DNA from: Gemmatimonadales bacterium
Lineage (GTDB): Bacteria > Gemmatimonadota > Gemmatimonadetes > Gemmatimonadales > GWC2-71-9
Direction of reading: 5' to 3'
Length of the DNA: 64,000 nt
Assembly (NCBI GenBank): GCA_037189525.1
Contig: JBBCJC010000005.1
Location: forward strand, 320,001 to 384,000
Part shown: positions 1 to 9,365 of the stretch, piece by piece
How positions within the stretch are numbered: the stretch's first letter is position 1
Layout of the letters: every line of letters starts with the position of its first letter
Made by a program: the position numbers and the translations under genes
Notes under the pieces: generated by a model
What the model saw: the letters and a program-made list of their open reading frames with translations, nothing else
Told to the model about the DNA's origin: nothing
Database searches by the model: none

Positions 1-626
1 AGCTCGAGGGCATCATAGACCCGCCGCACGAAGGCGAGGTCCTCCGCCGTATCCACCGTCCACCGCAAATCGCTCGCGTCCTCCGCGGCCCGAACGCTCC
101 GCACCCGAAACGCATCGGGCGCCTCCAACCGCGCCGGAATGGTTACATGTTCCCGAGCCGCCGCCGAGGTGCCTAGACGATCCATCCGATCGAGCGCCTC
201 GCGGGTAAAGACTTCCGTATCGAGCCCGCGCGGGTAGCTCCGCTCGAGCACGTTGGCCGCGTAGTCGAAAGGCCCGTCGAGCGCCGCGATCGTCTCATCG
301 ATGACCGCCGGATCGAGCAACGGACAGTCCGCCGTCAATCGCACGATCCTCGTGGCCCGAGCCAACTCGGCCGTGGCCACGAAACGGCCCAGCACATCGG
401 ACTCGGATCCGCGGAACGACGGCACCGCGTTGGCTTCACACCACCGGGCAATCGGATCGTCGGCCGGCCCGGTCGTGCACGCCACCCAGACCGCATCGAC
501 CCGCTTCGCCGCCTGCGCACGCCGGACGACACGATCGAGCATCGGCTTGCCGGCCAGGTCCATCAATACCTTGCCCGGCAGTCGCGACGACGTCATCCGC
601 GCCTGAACGATTGCGACCACGCTCAT
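1..626 (-). CDS. SpsF/PseF-type acylneuraminate cytidylyltransferase family protein (3' end outside window)
   Basis: Not in the ORF track. Read by hand from ATG at 626: MSVVAIVQARMTSSRLPGKVL...RGSESDVLGRF...VRLTADCPLLDP...YPRGLDTEVF...REHVT...RWTVDT. ATGA overlap with the upstream gene. Confidence 0.9.
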   Translation of the reverse strand, partial: MSVVAIVQARMTSSRLPGKVLMDLAGKPMLDRVVRRAQAAKRVDAVWVACTTGPADDPIARWCEANAVPSFRGSESDVLGRFVATAELARATRIVRLTADCPLLDPAVIDETIAALDGPFDYAANVLERSYPRGLDTEVFTREALDRMDRLGTSAAAREHVTIPARLEAPDAFRVRSVRAAEDASDLRWTVDTAEDLAFVRRVYDALE

Positions 627-1579
627 GGCCGCTCCCAGGTTGCGACGTAGTAGGGAGTCGGAACCGCTCCGAAACTGGTCTTGAAGTCGCCGCGCGACGG
701 GGAGTTGAGCCCGACGACGTCGAGCGCCGTCAAACCACGCGCCAGAGCACGCTCCGCACCGCTCAGGAAGAGCAGCGTCGACACTCCCGCCGACCGATAG
801 TCCGGATCGTTGGCCGCGACGAGGTAATACGCCGAGGTCTGATCGAAGAGGAAGAGAACGGCGCCCGCGGCGATGCCATCGCCATCGAAGGCCACCAGCA
901 GCTCACCGAACCCATGCTCCAGGGCGGCGGCGGTAATCGACCGGAGCAACCGTCCTTCTCGTTCGCTGCGCACGATTCCCTGCCGGTCGAAGGTCCGCCG
1001 ATGCAGGCCGTCGAGCAGATCGAGATCCTCCGACGGCTCGACCCGGAATCGTGTCGCGGCCTTTCGGTATTCCTGCCGTCGTACCGTACGCGCCCCGGCC
1101 AGCACACCATCGAGCCCGGCGGCCGGGTCGAGCGCGATGATACCGGTGTACCGGACCTCGATCCGGAACTGCCCCAGTTCGGGCTCGTGATAGTGGAACC
1201 AGCTGAGCGCTCGTATGTCCGTCAACGACGGATGGAGACACCACGAAAGGCGCGCTTCGCCCGAGAGCCCGTCGAGCAAGCTGCCCACCGAATCGAGCTC
1301 ACGCCGGACCTTGCGATGCGGCGCCTCGTCGGGACGATGCGGGAGGAAAATCCCCTGATAGAGACAGAACGGCACCGGCGCCCGCACCGCCGTCCCTGCA
1401 TCGCGCAGCACCAGTGCGGCGGCCTCCGGGCAGTCGACCGCTCCCCCAACCGATCGGACTTCCCAGCTGACGTCCAGGGCATCGAGCAGTTCAGCCCGGC
1501 TGAAGACCGAGCCCTGCGGTGAGGCCGAGACGTAGCGGTTCCAGGCCGTCCGGTCGGCGGATACGAGCGTGGTGGTCAT
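623..1579 (-). CDS. GNAT-fold (FemAB-like) acyl/aminoacyltransferase
   Basis: WNRYVSASPQGSVF N-terminus and C-terminal LDVVGLNSP..FKTSFGA motif typical of FemAB-like GNATs. Start moved to ATG 1579 (ATGA overlap). Confidence 0.7.
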   Translation of the reverse strand: MTTTLVSADRTAWNRYVSASPQGSVFSRAELLDALDVSWEVRSVGGAVDCPEAAALVLRDAGTAVRAPVPFCLYQGIFLPHRPDEAPHRKVRRELDSVGSLLDGLSGEARLSWCLHPSLTDIRALSWFHYHEPELGQFRIEVRYTGIIALDPAAGLDGVLAGARTVRRQEYRKAATRFRVEPSEDLDLLDGLHRRTFDRQGIVRSEREGRLLRSITAAALEHGFGELLVAFDGDGIAAGAVLFLFDQTSAYYLVAANDPDYRSAGVSTLLFLSGAERALARGLTALDVVGLNSPSRGDFKTSFGAVPTPYYVATWERP

Positions 1580-2169
1580 CGGTAGACGAACACGGCGACG
1601 TCGCACCGCTCATAATGATGTTCGATCCGGACTCGACGCGACAACCGGCGCACACAGAAATCGAAGACTCGCGCCGGATCGTGGTACGCCATCGTCGCAT
1701 CGGTGAAGTTGTGATGCGACGACAGAAAGTTGAATCCGAGCCCACGCTCCGCATGGTCCCAGGACCGTTCGATCAGCGCTTCGAGGAACGAAGTCGGGTC
1801 CGGAATGGCATTGTTGAAAATCGCCGACAGCAGCACATAGTCGAACCGCCCCACCCGGGCGCCACTCAGCAAATCCGCGACCTGGAACTGCGCCTCGGGA
1901 TACTTGGCTGCGGCGCACTCGACCATATCAGGTACGACATCGACCCCGGTATAGCGAGTCCGCGGATACCGCGCGCGTAGGTATGGATATAGGTCAGCCA
2001 GGCCACAACCGACATCGAGGACGTCGGCGCCGTCGAGATCCGCAATCTCCAGCAGCTTGAGAAAGCGGAACCGCTGGCCCTCGGCGCTCATCTGCGTGGC
2101 GAGCGGCGCATCACCATGCTCGCGGAACAAGGCGCCGTAGTGGGCGCTCAGATCGGCAACGGAACTCAT
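1576..2169 (-). CDS. Class I SAM-dependent methyltransferase
   Basis: VLDVGCGLADL motif I, YTGVDV, FDYVLLSAIFN. Confidence 0.85.
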   Translation of the reverse strand: MSSVADLSAHYGALFREHGDAPLATQMSAEGQRFRFLKLLEIADLDGADVLDVGCGLADLYPYLRARYPRTRYTGVDVVPDMVECAAAKYPEAQFQVADLLSGARVGRFDYVLLSAIFNNAIPDPTSFLEALIERSWDHAERGLGFNFLSSHHNFTDATMAYHDPARVFDFCVRRLSRRVRIEHHYERCDVAVFVYR

Positions 2170-3440
2170 ACGGCCTCGAGCACCCCGGCATGGCGCAGCA
2201 CCTTCTCGAATGCCTGGACGACGTCATCGAGATCGGCCCGGCTCACCCCGGCGTGGCACACGGTGAGATAGAGCAGTTCCTGCTCGTGCATCCGCTCCGC
2301 CACCGGGCAAAGTCCGTCGGGATACCGCACCGGCGCCCTGCCCTGCTGGCGGAATGGGAACCCGTCGCGGCCAAGCGCAATACCCTGTCGATACATCGGC
2401 TGGCGATAGAGCGGTTCGACGTAGCCCACATGGATCGGCACGCCCTCGGCGCGCACCGCCTCGGCAAAGCGGCCGCGGCTGAGGCCGGTGGCCTGCGCAT
2501 CGTACTTGATGGCATAGACGTAGTAGCCGTGGCGGACACCCTCGCGGACCGCCGGAGGAGTCAGGCCGGTCATCCCTCTGACTTGTGCCGTCAGATAGTC
2601 GGCGGCGTCGATCCGAGGCTGCACCAGTCCCTCGAGCTTGCGCAGCTGTTCAAGCGCAATGGCCGCTTCGATTTCCGTCATCCGATAGTTGAACCCGACC
2701 ATGTTGACCAGATCGTCGTGCCCTTTGGCCTTGACGACGGCCTCGCCATGGTTGCGAATCAACTGGAGCCGTTCGGCCAGGCGTGAATCGTCGGTGACGA
2801 CGATGCCCCCCTCGCCGCTGTGGATCGTCTTGTGATAGTTGAGGCTGAACACGCCCATGTCGGCCAATGTGCCTGCCCAGCGATTGCCCATCCGGGCGCC
2901 CGGCGCCTGCGCCGTATCTTCGATCAGGACGATATCCCGGCCCGCCGTAACCGCACGCAGTTCATCCCACGCCGCGGGGTGACCGAAGATGTCGACCCCG
3001 ATGATCGCACGAGTCCGGTCGGTCAGCAAACGGCGGACTGATTCGGGATCGAGACAGAAGGTGTCCGGATCGATGTCTGCAAAGACCGGCACCGCGCCGT
3101 AGACGATTGCGGCCGCAGCCGAAGCACTCATGGTATAGGGCGACACGATCACTTCGTCGCCTGGCCCCACGCCAGCCGCGCCGACTGCCGCGTAGAGCCC
3201 GGAGGTGGCCGAGTTGACCGAGACCGCGTAGGCCACCTCGAAATGGCGCGCCCAGGCCGATTCGAGCGCCTGCACTCGCGGCCCTCCGAAAAAATCGGGA
3301 CCCCAGACCCCGACGAACTGCGACAGCACCCCGCTGTCGAGCACCTCGAGCACCGCACGGCGTTCCTCGGCCCCAATGGTGTTGTAGATCGGAAAAGGGG
3401 CCGTCCGAACCGGAGTGCCGCCTTGAATGGCCAATTTCAT
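2166..3440 (-). CDS. DegT/DnrJ/EryC1/StrS PLP-dependent sugar aminotransferase
   Basis: NSATSGL, IEDTAQA, SLNYHKTIHSGEGG (PLP lysine), GFNYRMTE. Confidence 0.9.
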   Translation of the reverse strand: MKLAIQGGTPVRTAPFPIYNTIGAEERRAVLEVLDSGVLSQFVGVWGPDFFGGPRVQALESAWARHFEVAYAVSVNSATSGLYAAVGAAGVGPGDEVIVSPYTMSASAAAAIVYGAVPVFADIDPDTFCLDPESVRRLLTDRTRAIIGVDIFGHPAAWDELRAVTAGRDIVLIEDTAQAPGARMGNRWAGTLADMGVFSLNYHKTIHSGEGGIVVTDDSRLAERLQLIRNHGEAVVKAKGHDDLVNMVGFNYRMTEIEAAIALEQLRKLEGLVQPRIDAADYLTAQVRGMTGLTPPAVREGVRHGYYVYAIKYDAQATGLSRGRFAEAVRAEGVPIHVGYVEPLYRQPMYRQGIALGRDGFPFRQQGRAPVRYPDGLCPVAERMHEQELLYLTVCHAGVSRADLDDVVQAFEKVLRHAGVLEAV

Positions 3441-4540
3441 GAAGTCACCTCGGAAAAATCACGAGCTCCCATTTCAACGACGAGGTCGAGCAGGCGCATC
3501 GTGGCGCCCGTGGCATGCAGGCGCAGCCGCTGCACCTCGCGCGCCGACCCCAGATGCGCCGGGCGTGCCAGCACCCGGTACAACGCCGAGCCGACCCCTG
3601 CCGCATCGATCACACCTTCACTCAGGCCCATGCGGTTGCTCGGCAGATGGTCCACGCCGATCAATCCCGGCTGGACGCTCACCACGCGGAGTCCCAGCAA
3701 CGCAGCCTGAAGCAACAGGGCACTGCTCATCCCGACGACCAGATCGGCCGCGAGTATCCAGGACAGCGGGTCGCCCTCATCGGCGCGACGCACCGCGACT
3801 TTGGCGGTGCCTTCCGGCAGCCACGCTCCCCCGTCCTGCCGCGGATGACTCCGCACCGCCAGCGTAATTCCGTGGCCCAGCCAGTCCGCCACGTTCTCGA
3901 CGCCGTCGCGCACCAGAGAAACGACCTGGTCTTCGTCGTACCCGATCCGGCTGCCGTACAGCGCGCGGATCGGCTGCGAAGCAAACAGGACCAGCGTCGC
4001 CTTACGCGATACGCCGACCCGTTCCCGAAAGGCCAGGCGCGCATCGCGATCGAACCCTTGCCCCTGCCTGAGGAGTACCTCGTAGTGAGGATTGCCCGTC
4101 GCCACGACCCGCTCGGCAGGCAGCCCCTCGGCCACGGCTTCCGCCGCGGCGACATCGTCGGGAACCGCAATCCGGTCCGGCAGGACGAGCCGGCCGTCGC
4201 TGCCCAGAAAGCGCGCCGCGTAGTTCGACCAGAAATCCACGACGGACAGCACCGGAATGCCCTCCCGCGTCGCGGCCCCGATATAGTCGAGTTCCGGCGG
4301 CTGCTCGGCCCAGGAGGTTCCTGTCAGCAGCACCGTCGGACTGGTCAGCTCGAGGAGCGCATTCGGCGTCCGCTCGACCAGCGGGCGATGCGGGATTCCC
4401 TCTCGGCGCAGAACCTGCTGGGCCGGGCCCGCGGCCCAGACGCCGGCGAGGGTCTTCCGCTGTTCGAGCAGCTTGAGCACCGGCACGACGGCTTCCGCGC
4501 CGCCGGCATCGCCGAGGACGCTAGCGACCGACAACTGCAT
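3437..4540 (-). CDS. GT-B fold sugar-nucleotide enzyme (glycosyltransferase/epimerase-like)
   Basis: GDAGGAE, VLLTGTS, VDFWSNY, VATGNPHY, RSHPR, ADLVVGMSSALLLQA pattern. Start ATG 4540 chosen. Confidence 0.6.
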   Translation of the reverse strand: MQLSVASVLGDAGGAEAVVPVLKLLEQRKTLAGVWAAGPAQQVLRREGIPHRPLVERTPNALLELTSPTVLLTGTSWAEQPPELDYIGAATREGIPVLSVVDFWSNYAARFLGSDGRLVLPDRIAVPDDVAAAEAVAEGLPAERVVATGNPHYEVLLRQGQGFDRDARLAFRERVGVSRKATLVLFASQPIRALYGSRIGYDEDQVVSLVRDGVENVADWLGHGITLAVRSHPRQDGGAWLPEGTAKVAVRRADEGDPLSWILAADLVVGMSSALLLQAALLGLRVVSVQPGLIGVDHLPSNRMGLSEGVIDAAGVGSALYRVLARPAHLGSAREVQRLRLHATGATMRLLDLVVEMGARDFSEVTS

Positions 4541-5513
4541 GGCGCCCCTCCTCTGCCTCTGCACTTGCCAATGCCTCGGAAGCCAACCGCAGGGCAGCGA
4601 CGGCATCGGTGCCCGTCCCTGCCGGAGCGCGCCCGGTCGTCAGAGCCGCCAACAGATCGCGAACGGCGTGGCCAAGGAGATCAGTCAGATCGCCGGCTGG
4701 GCATCCGATCGGCGCCAGTTCGGCAAAGCCGGGGAACGAGCGGCTGGGCACTGCCGTCCACGCCTCGAAACGGCGCCCCGATTCTGTCAAACGCACCCGG
4801 CCGTTCGAACCAATCAGATCGATTTCGAAGAGCGAGTAGCTGACATCGCGCACCCCACGTAGCGATCCGATCGCACCCGATGCAAACCGAAGCTCTGCAT
4901 CGATGGTGGCGTCGGACGCCTCCGGCTCGACGGCGCCATGACCCCGGATCTCCGTGATCTCACCCGCCAGCCAGCGCGCCAGATCCAGCCAATGCGTACC
5001 GTTGTGCTTGATCCCGCGAACGTAGACCCCATCCACCCGCTGAATCGCTCCGATCGGAGCGGACTCGAGCCACGCAGCCAGCGCGCGATGGCTCGGGGTA
5101 TACCGCCGGCTATAATTGACCGCCAGGACAATGCCGCGCTCCTCCGCCATGCGGACCAGAGACTCGGCCCGGTCCACGTCCACCGCCAGCGGCTTCTCGG
5201 CCAGCACGGCACGGACGGAGGATCCGGCAAGCACCTGTTCGAGCAGATCCGCGTGGGTCGCATCCGGAGACGCCACGCTCACGACCTCGGGCCGGACCGC
5301 CTCGAGCATCGAGGCGACATCCGAATAGAGGGCGTCGACACCCCACCGCGCGCCGGCCGACGCCAGCCGCGCGGCGTCGGGTTCGACCAGCGCGGCAAGC
5401 GTGACACCATCCGCTTCGCGCCAGGCGGCGGCATGCGACTGCGCCCCGGCGCCCGGAACACTCGCTCCGGCACCGATGAACCCGCAGCCGATCACCGCCG
5501 CGCGCATGGTCAC
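4521..5513 (-). CDS. Gfo/Idh/MocA family NAD(P)-dependent oxidoreductase
   Basis: IGCGFIG Rossmann motif, VLAEKPLA, HNGTHWLD. Confidence 0.9.
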   Translation of the reverse strand: MTMRAAVIGCGFIGAGASVPGAGAQSHAAAWREADGVTLAALVEPDAARLASAGARWGVDALYSDVASMLEAVRPEVVSVASPDATHADLLEQVLAGSSVRAVLAEKPLAVDVDRAESLVRMAEERGIVLAVNYSRRYTPSHRALAAWLESAPIGAIQRVDGVYVRGIKHNGTHWLDLARWLAGEITEIRGHGAVEPEASDATIDAELRFASGAIGSLRGVRDVSYSLFEIDLIGSNGRVRLTESGRRFEAWTAVPSRSFPGFAELAPIGCPAGDLTDLLGHAVRDLLAALTTGRAPAGTGTDAVAALRLASEALASAEAEEGRHAVVGR

Positions 5514-6178
5514 GCCACGCCGGCCTTTTCGAACAGCACGACCTGATCGACGAGCCCGGGACCGCCGGTCGACTCGCTGTAGGGATAGAGCTGGCGTTCG
5601 ACCTCACGCAGCCCAGGCGCCGTCTCGAGGTAGCGCCGCGCAAAGTCCGTCTTCCAAAGCAGGCCGGTCTGTCCGTGATACGGAATCTCGACCGTGTCCG
5701 GCGCATAGTATTCGTGACACAGCACGAAACGACGGCTCACCCGGACGATCTCGGCGAGGGCGCGAGGCAGGTCGTTCGGATGGATGTGGATCAGTACACC
5801 GTGCGTGAAGACCAGGTCGTACAACCCGTCTGCAAACGGCAGGGCAAAGGCATTGCCCTGATGAAAATGATGATGCGGCGCCAGAGCCTTGGCCCGCTCG
5901 ATGGCGTAGCTCTGCGGCTCGAGGCCGTGCAGTTCGAGCGCCGGATTGGCCTTTTCCAGCAATCGCAACTGGAGGCCGATGTTGCAACCCACCTCGAGCA
6001 CCCGGCCGCCCGGCAGCCGATCCGGCCCAACAAAGCGGCGGTAGATGCTCGACTTGCTGACGCCGAATTGTTCGGCAAAGGCCGCATCCATCTCGTCCAG
6101 CGAGAGCGTATTGCGGTCGGTGTACTCCTTCCCGAAGGTCGAAGTCCAGGTGGACAGCTGCGCAGTCGACGTGCTCAT
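5510..6178 (-). CDS. Pseudaminic acid biosynthesis-associated methyltransferase
   Basis: W...FGKEYTDRN, LEVGCNIG, FTHGVLIHIHP, EYY, LWKTDFA motifs; lies inside the pse cluster. Confidence 0.85.
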   Translation of the reverse strand: MSTSTAQLSTWTSTFGKEYTDRNTLSLDEMDAAFAEQFGVSKSSIYRRFVGPDRLPGGRVLEVGCNIGLQLRLLEKANPALELHGLEPQSYAIERAKALAPHHHFHQGNAFALPFADGLYDLVFTHGVLIHIHPNDLPRALAEIVRVSRRFVLCHEYYAPDTVEIPYHGQTGLLWKTDFARRYLETAPGLREVERQLYPYSESTGGPGLVDQVVLFEKAGVA

Positions 6179-6921
6179 GCGATCCTCTCGCGAACGGCCT
6201 TTTGCCGAACATGGTTGTTGATGGTATGCAGTTCCGGATACCGGCTCATCAGCGTCAGAATGTCGTGAAGCGTGAACCGGGGGTCGATCGGATACAGTTC
6301 CTGATAGATCCGGGACACCAGCTCGTAGTCTTCCGGCGTATCCACCGTGAGTCGCAGCGATGACACCGACGGGTCGAGACCGCTGGCCACGTTGAGCAGC
6401 CGGTACTGGTCCGGATGCTGGTAGATGTAGAGCGAGACATGCTCCCGGTCATCCGGGTCGTCCGTCTGCATCGCCACGTCCGCCAGCACGGCGGTCGGAA
6501 ACACCTGAACGTCCATTCCCCGCGGGTACGTGGGCCACTGAACATTTGCGCAGTAGTCGACGTCATTGGTCGCGAAGGTCTGAATGACCTGGTCGATGAC
6601 GCCCGGATCGATCAGCGGGCAATCGGCCGTCGTCTCGACGATCAGTTCCGCCCCCGCCTCGGTGGCTGCACCGAGCACACGGGACAGCACGTCTTCCTCG
6701 CTGCCGCGATAGCAGCCCACACCGAGCGCACTGGCCAGCGCCACGATCGGCTCGTCGGCTTCGTGCACCGTCGTGGCTACCACGATTTCGTCCGCCAAAC
6801 GGACCCGCCGGAGCCGCTCGACCATCAGGGCCAGCATCGGCTGCCCCAGAATCGGCCGGAGCACTTTGCCCGGCAACCGGCTCGAGCGCATCCGCGCTTC
6901 GATCGTGATCACGGTTTTCAT
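6175..6921 (-). CDS. SpsF/PseF-type cytidylyltransferase (CMP-nonulosonate synthetase-like)
   Basis: EARMRSSRLPGKVL, RGSEEDVLSR, TADCPLIDP, YPRGMDV, REHVS, RLTVDT. Start 6921 via ATGA overlap. Confidence 0.88.
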   Translation of the reverse strand: MKTVITIEARMRSSRLPGKVLRPILGQPMLALMVERLRRVRLADEIVVATTVHEADEPIVALASALGVGCYRGSEEDVLSRVLGAATEAGAELIVETTADCPLIDPGVIDQVIQTFATNDVDYCANVQWPTYPRGMDVQVFPTAVLADVAMQTDDPDDREHVSLYIYQHPDQYRLLNVASGLDPSVSSLRLTVDTPEDYELVSRIYQELYPIDPRFTLHDILTLMSRYPELHTINNHVRQKAVRERIA

Positions 6922-7985
6922 TGCACCACCTCCACCATCCCGTCGATCAGTTCCCATGAGAGCGGCGTCCCCCGCTCCACCGCGACCCGGGCGCGCTGCC
7001 CAAGCACCACTTCGCGATGCCGAGGCGCCAGCCCGAACCCGGGGCGGATCGACCGCACGTTGCGTTCGGTAAAGGGCGCCCCCTGCGCAACATCCTCGAC
7101 CACGTAGAGCGAACGCCGGAACGTGACGCTCCCCTCCTCCGCGACGCCGGCGCCGAAAGTGGGCCGGCCCAGCATCTGACTGGCCCGTCCGACCGCGTCG
7201 GCCAGGGCGCGAAACTCGTCCGGCTCGAGCGAGAAGTGGCTGTCCACCCCGCCCGCCGCGCGATCCAGCGTGAAGTGTTTCTCGATCATCACGGCGCCCT
7301 GAGCCACGGCCACGATCGAGGCAATGATCCCCATGCTGTGATCGGAGAGACCCACCAGGCCTCCGGTCAACTCGGCCAGCGCCGGGAGCGTGCTCAGATG
7401 CATTTCAGCATCGGGAGCCGGATAACTGCTGGTGCAGCGCAGCGTGATCAGATCGCGGGTTCCCGCCTCACGCAGGATCTCGACGGCGCGGCGGATCTCC
7501 TCCTTCGTCGCCATACCCGTCGAGAGCACGACCGGTTTTCCCGTGGCAGCCACTTCACGAAGCAGGGCGTCGTCGACCAGCTCGAACGAGGCGATTTTGT
7601 ACGCCGGCGCGCCGAGCCGCTCGAGCAGTGTCACGGCCGTGCTGTCGAAAGGCGTCGAAAAGATTTCCAGTCCGATGGACCGGGCCTCGTCGAAAAGGCG
7701 CTCGTGCCAGTCCCAGGGCGTATGCGCCTCCTGGTACAGATCGTAGAGCGTCCGGCCTCCCCAGGGGCCGTTGCCCGGCACAACGAACTCGGCCCGATTC
7801 GAACGGATCGTCAGCGTATCTGCCGTATAGGTCTGGAGCTTGATGGCGTGCGCCCCTGCTTGCTTGGCAGCATGCACCGTCGCCAGCGCGCGATCGAGGT
7901 CGCCGTTGTGATTGCCCGACAGCTCCGCCACCAGAAAGCAGGGGTGCCCCGCGCCGACGGTGATCCGCCCGATCTGAATCGTCAT
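6918..7985 (-). CDS. pseI: Pseudaminic acid synthase
   Basis: AELSGNHNG, AIKLQTYTADT, AHTPWDWH, YKIASFE, GLSDHS, IEKHFT, C-terminal SAF domain (RRSLY..RSIRPG). Start ATG 7985. Confidence 0.93.
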   Translation of the reverse strand: MTIQIGRITVGAGHPCFLVAELSGNHNGDLDRALATVHAAKQAGAHAIKLQTYTADTLTIRSNRAEFVVPGNGPWGGRTLYDLYQEAHTPWDWHERLFDEARSIGLEIFSTPFDSTAVTLLERLGAPAYKIASFELVDDALLREVAATGKPVVLSTGMATKEEIRRAVEILREAGTRDLITLRCTSSYPAPDAEMHLSTLPALAELTGGLVGLSDHSMGIIASIVAVAQGAVMIEKHFTLDRAAGGVDSHFSLEPDEFRALADAVGRASQMLGRPTFGAGVAEEGSVTFRRSLYVVEDVAQGAPFTERNVRSIRPGFGLAPRHREVVLGQRARVAVERGTPLSWELIDGMVEVVQ

Positions 7986-8446
7986 ACGCTTGCCGCCCGC
8001 CGATCGGCAAACTGCCGACGTCCGCCGACCGGTGTGAGTTCCTCCCAACCGAGAAATTCGAAGAGCCGAGTCGATCGGGTATTGCCGGTTGCAACCTCCG
8101 CGGTCAGCACCAGGCCGGGATGCACCGCCCGAACCGCCTCGACCCCTTCCACCAGCAGCGCGCGACCGAAGCCGCGGCCACGAACTTCCGGCGCCACCAC
8201 ATAGCTGAGTACCGCCGTCCGCCATCCGTCCTGACTCTCGAACCGGATTGCCCCGATCGGCTGTTCATTGGCGTTCTCGCCGATATAGATCAGCGCAGAA
8301 GACGACCGCAGGCGCCGGTCGAACCAATCGATGTGGCCGGCCCAGTCGATCACCGGACGCGCACCAGACGCCTCGCGAGTGACCGGATCATTGGCCCAGA
8401 GCCACAGGGCGTACGCATCGGCACGCTCCGCGCTACGAAGTCGCAT
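7982..8446 (-). CDS. PseH-like GNAT N-acetyltransferase
   Basis: WANDP..R..S....I.W..H..WF and RGRGFG acetyl-CoA motif; sits between pseG-like and pseI. Confidence 0.75.
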   Translation of the reverse strand: MRLRSAERADAYALWLWANDPVTREASGARPVIDWAGHIDWFDRRLRSSSALIYIGENANEQPIGAIRFESQDGWRTAVLSYVVAPEVRGRGFGRALLVEGVEAVRAVHPGLVLTAEVATGNTRSTRLFEFLGWEELTPVGGRRQFADRRAASV

Positions 8447-9365
8447 GCACGGCCTCCTTCGAGGTCAGCAGTTCGATCAGCCGTTGCACCACCCGATCGG
8501 TACCATCCGCGACCGGTGGCAGGGGGCTGGGCACGGCGAGGAGCGCCCGAAGTTGGTGGGCAAGGAACTCCGCATCGACGAGCAGTGTGTTGATGCCCGG
8601 AATTGCCGCGTCCCGACCCCATCGATAGACCAGTCGCTGGTTTTCGGCCGTCATCAGCAGAATGACGGGAATGCCGACCGCCGCCGCCTCCCAGACGGTC
8701 GTACCCGCCGCCACCACCAGTTGGCGCGCATGCTGCGCCTCGTCCCATAGGCGATCGGCGGCGATCTTCCGCCACCGCGGCGGCGCCCAGTTACCGGTGG
8801 TCGCGAATTGCTCGGTGTCGAGCAAGGCGTCCAACTGGCGCATCGACTCGATCAGAACCGGGCTCGGAACTCCACCGCCCAGGATGACGAGGATTTCGGT
8901 CTGCCCCACGTTGCGCCAGCTCGGCAGGCCGTCGCGAATGGCCAGATAGTCGACGCCGGCCAGCACGGTGCCTGCGCTGTTTGGATACATCGACTCCGTG
9001 CTGTACGCGTTTGGATTCCAGACGACGTCATAGCCCCTCGGCACGTCGCCGTCCGCCGTATCGTCGACCAGAACGCGCAAGGCCGATCCGGCCCGCTTGG
9101 ACCAGGCAAACCGCGTTGCAGCATCATAGGTGTCGACGACGACCACAGCATTCGGGCCAAAATCGGTGCCCTCATCCGCGCGCTCGATGCCCAGGCTCCG
9201 GTACCGGTCCTGCACGAAATCGAGCTCGATCGCCCCGATCGCGACCGCGCGTCCTCCACGTCGCCGCCAGGCAGCCGCAAGCGTGCCGAGCCGCATGGCG
9301 TGCCCGGCGCCGGAGCGCCCGGTCGCATGGGTAACGAGGACGAGGGATCGATCGGCCGTCGTCAC
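8433..9365 (-). CDS. PseG/SpsG-like UDP-sugar hydrolase
   Basis: SGAGHAMR (catalytic His motif), VVDTY, AAGTTVWE, AENQ. Confidence 0.75.
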   Translation of the reverse strand: MTTADRSLVLVTHATGRSGAGHAMRLGTLAAAWRRRGGRAVAIGAIELDFVQDRYRSLGIERADEGTDFGPNAVVVVDTYDAATRFAWSKRAGSALRVLVDDTADGDVPRGYDVVWNPNAYSTESMYPNSAGTVLAGVDYLAIRDGLPSWRNVGQTEILVILGGGVPSPVLIESMRQLDALLDTEQFATTGNWAPPRWRKIAADRLWDEAQHARQLVVAAGTTVWEAAAVGIPVILLMTAENQRLVYRWGRDAAIPGINTLLVDAEFLAHQLRALLAVPSPLPPVADGTDRVVQRLIELLTSKEAVHATS

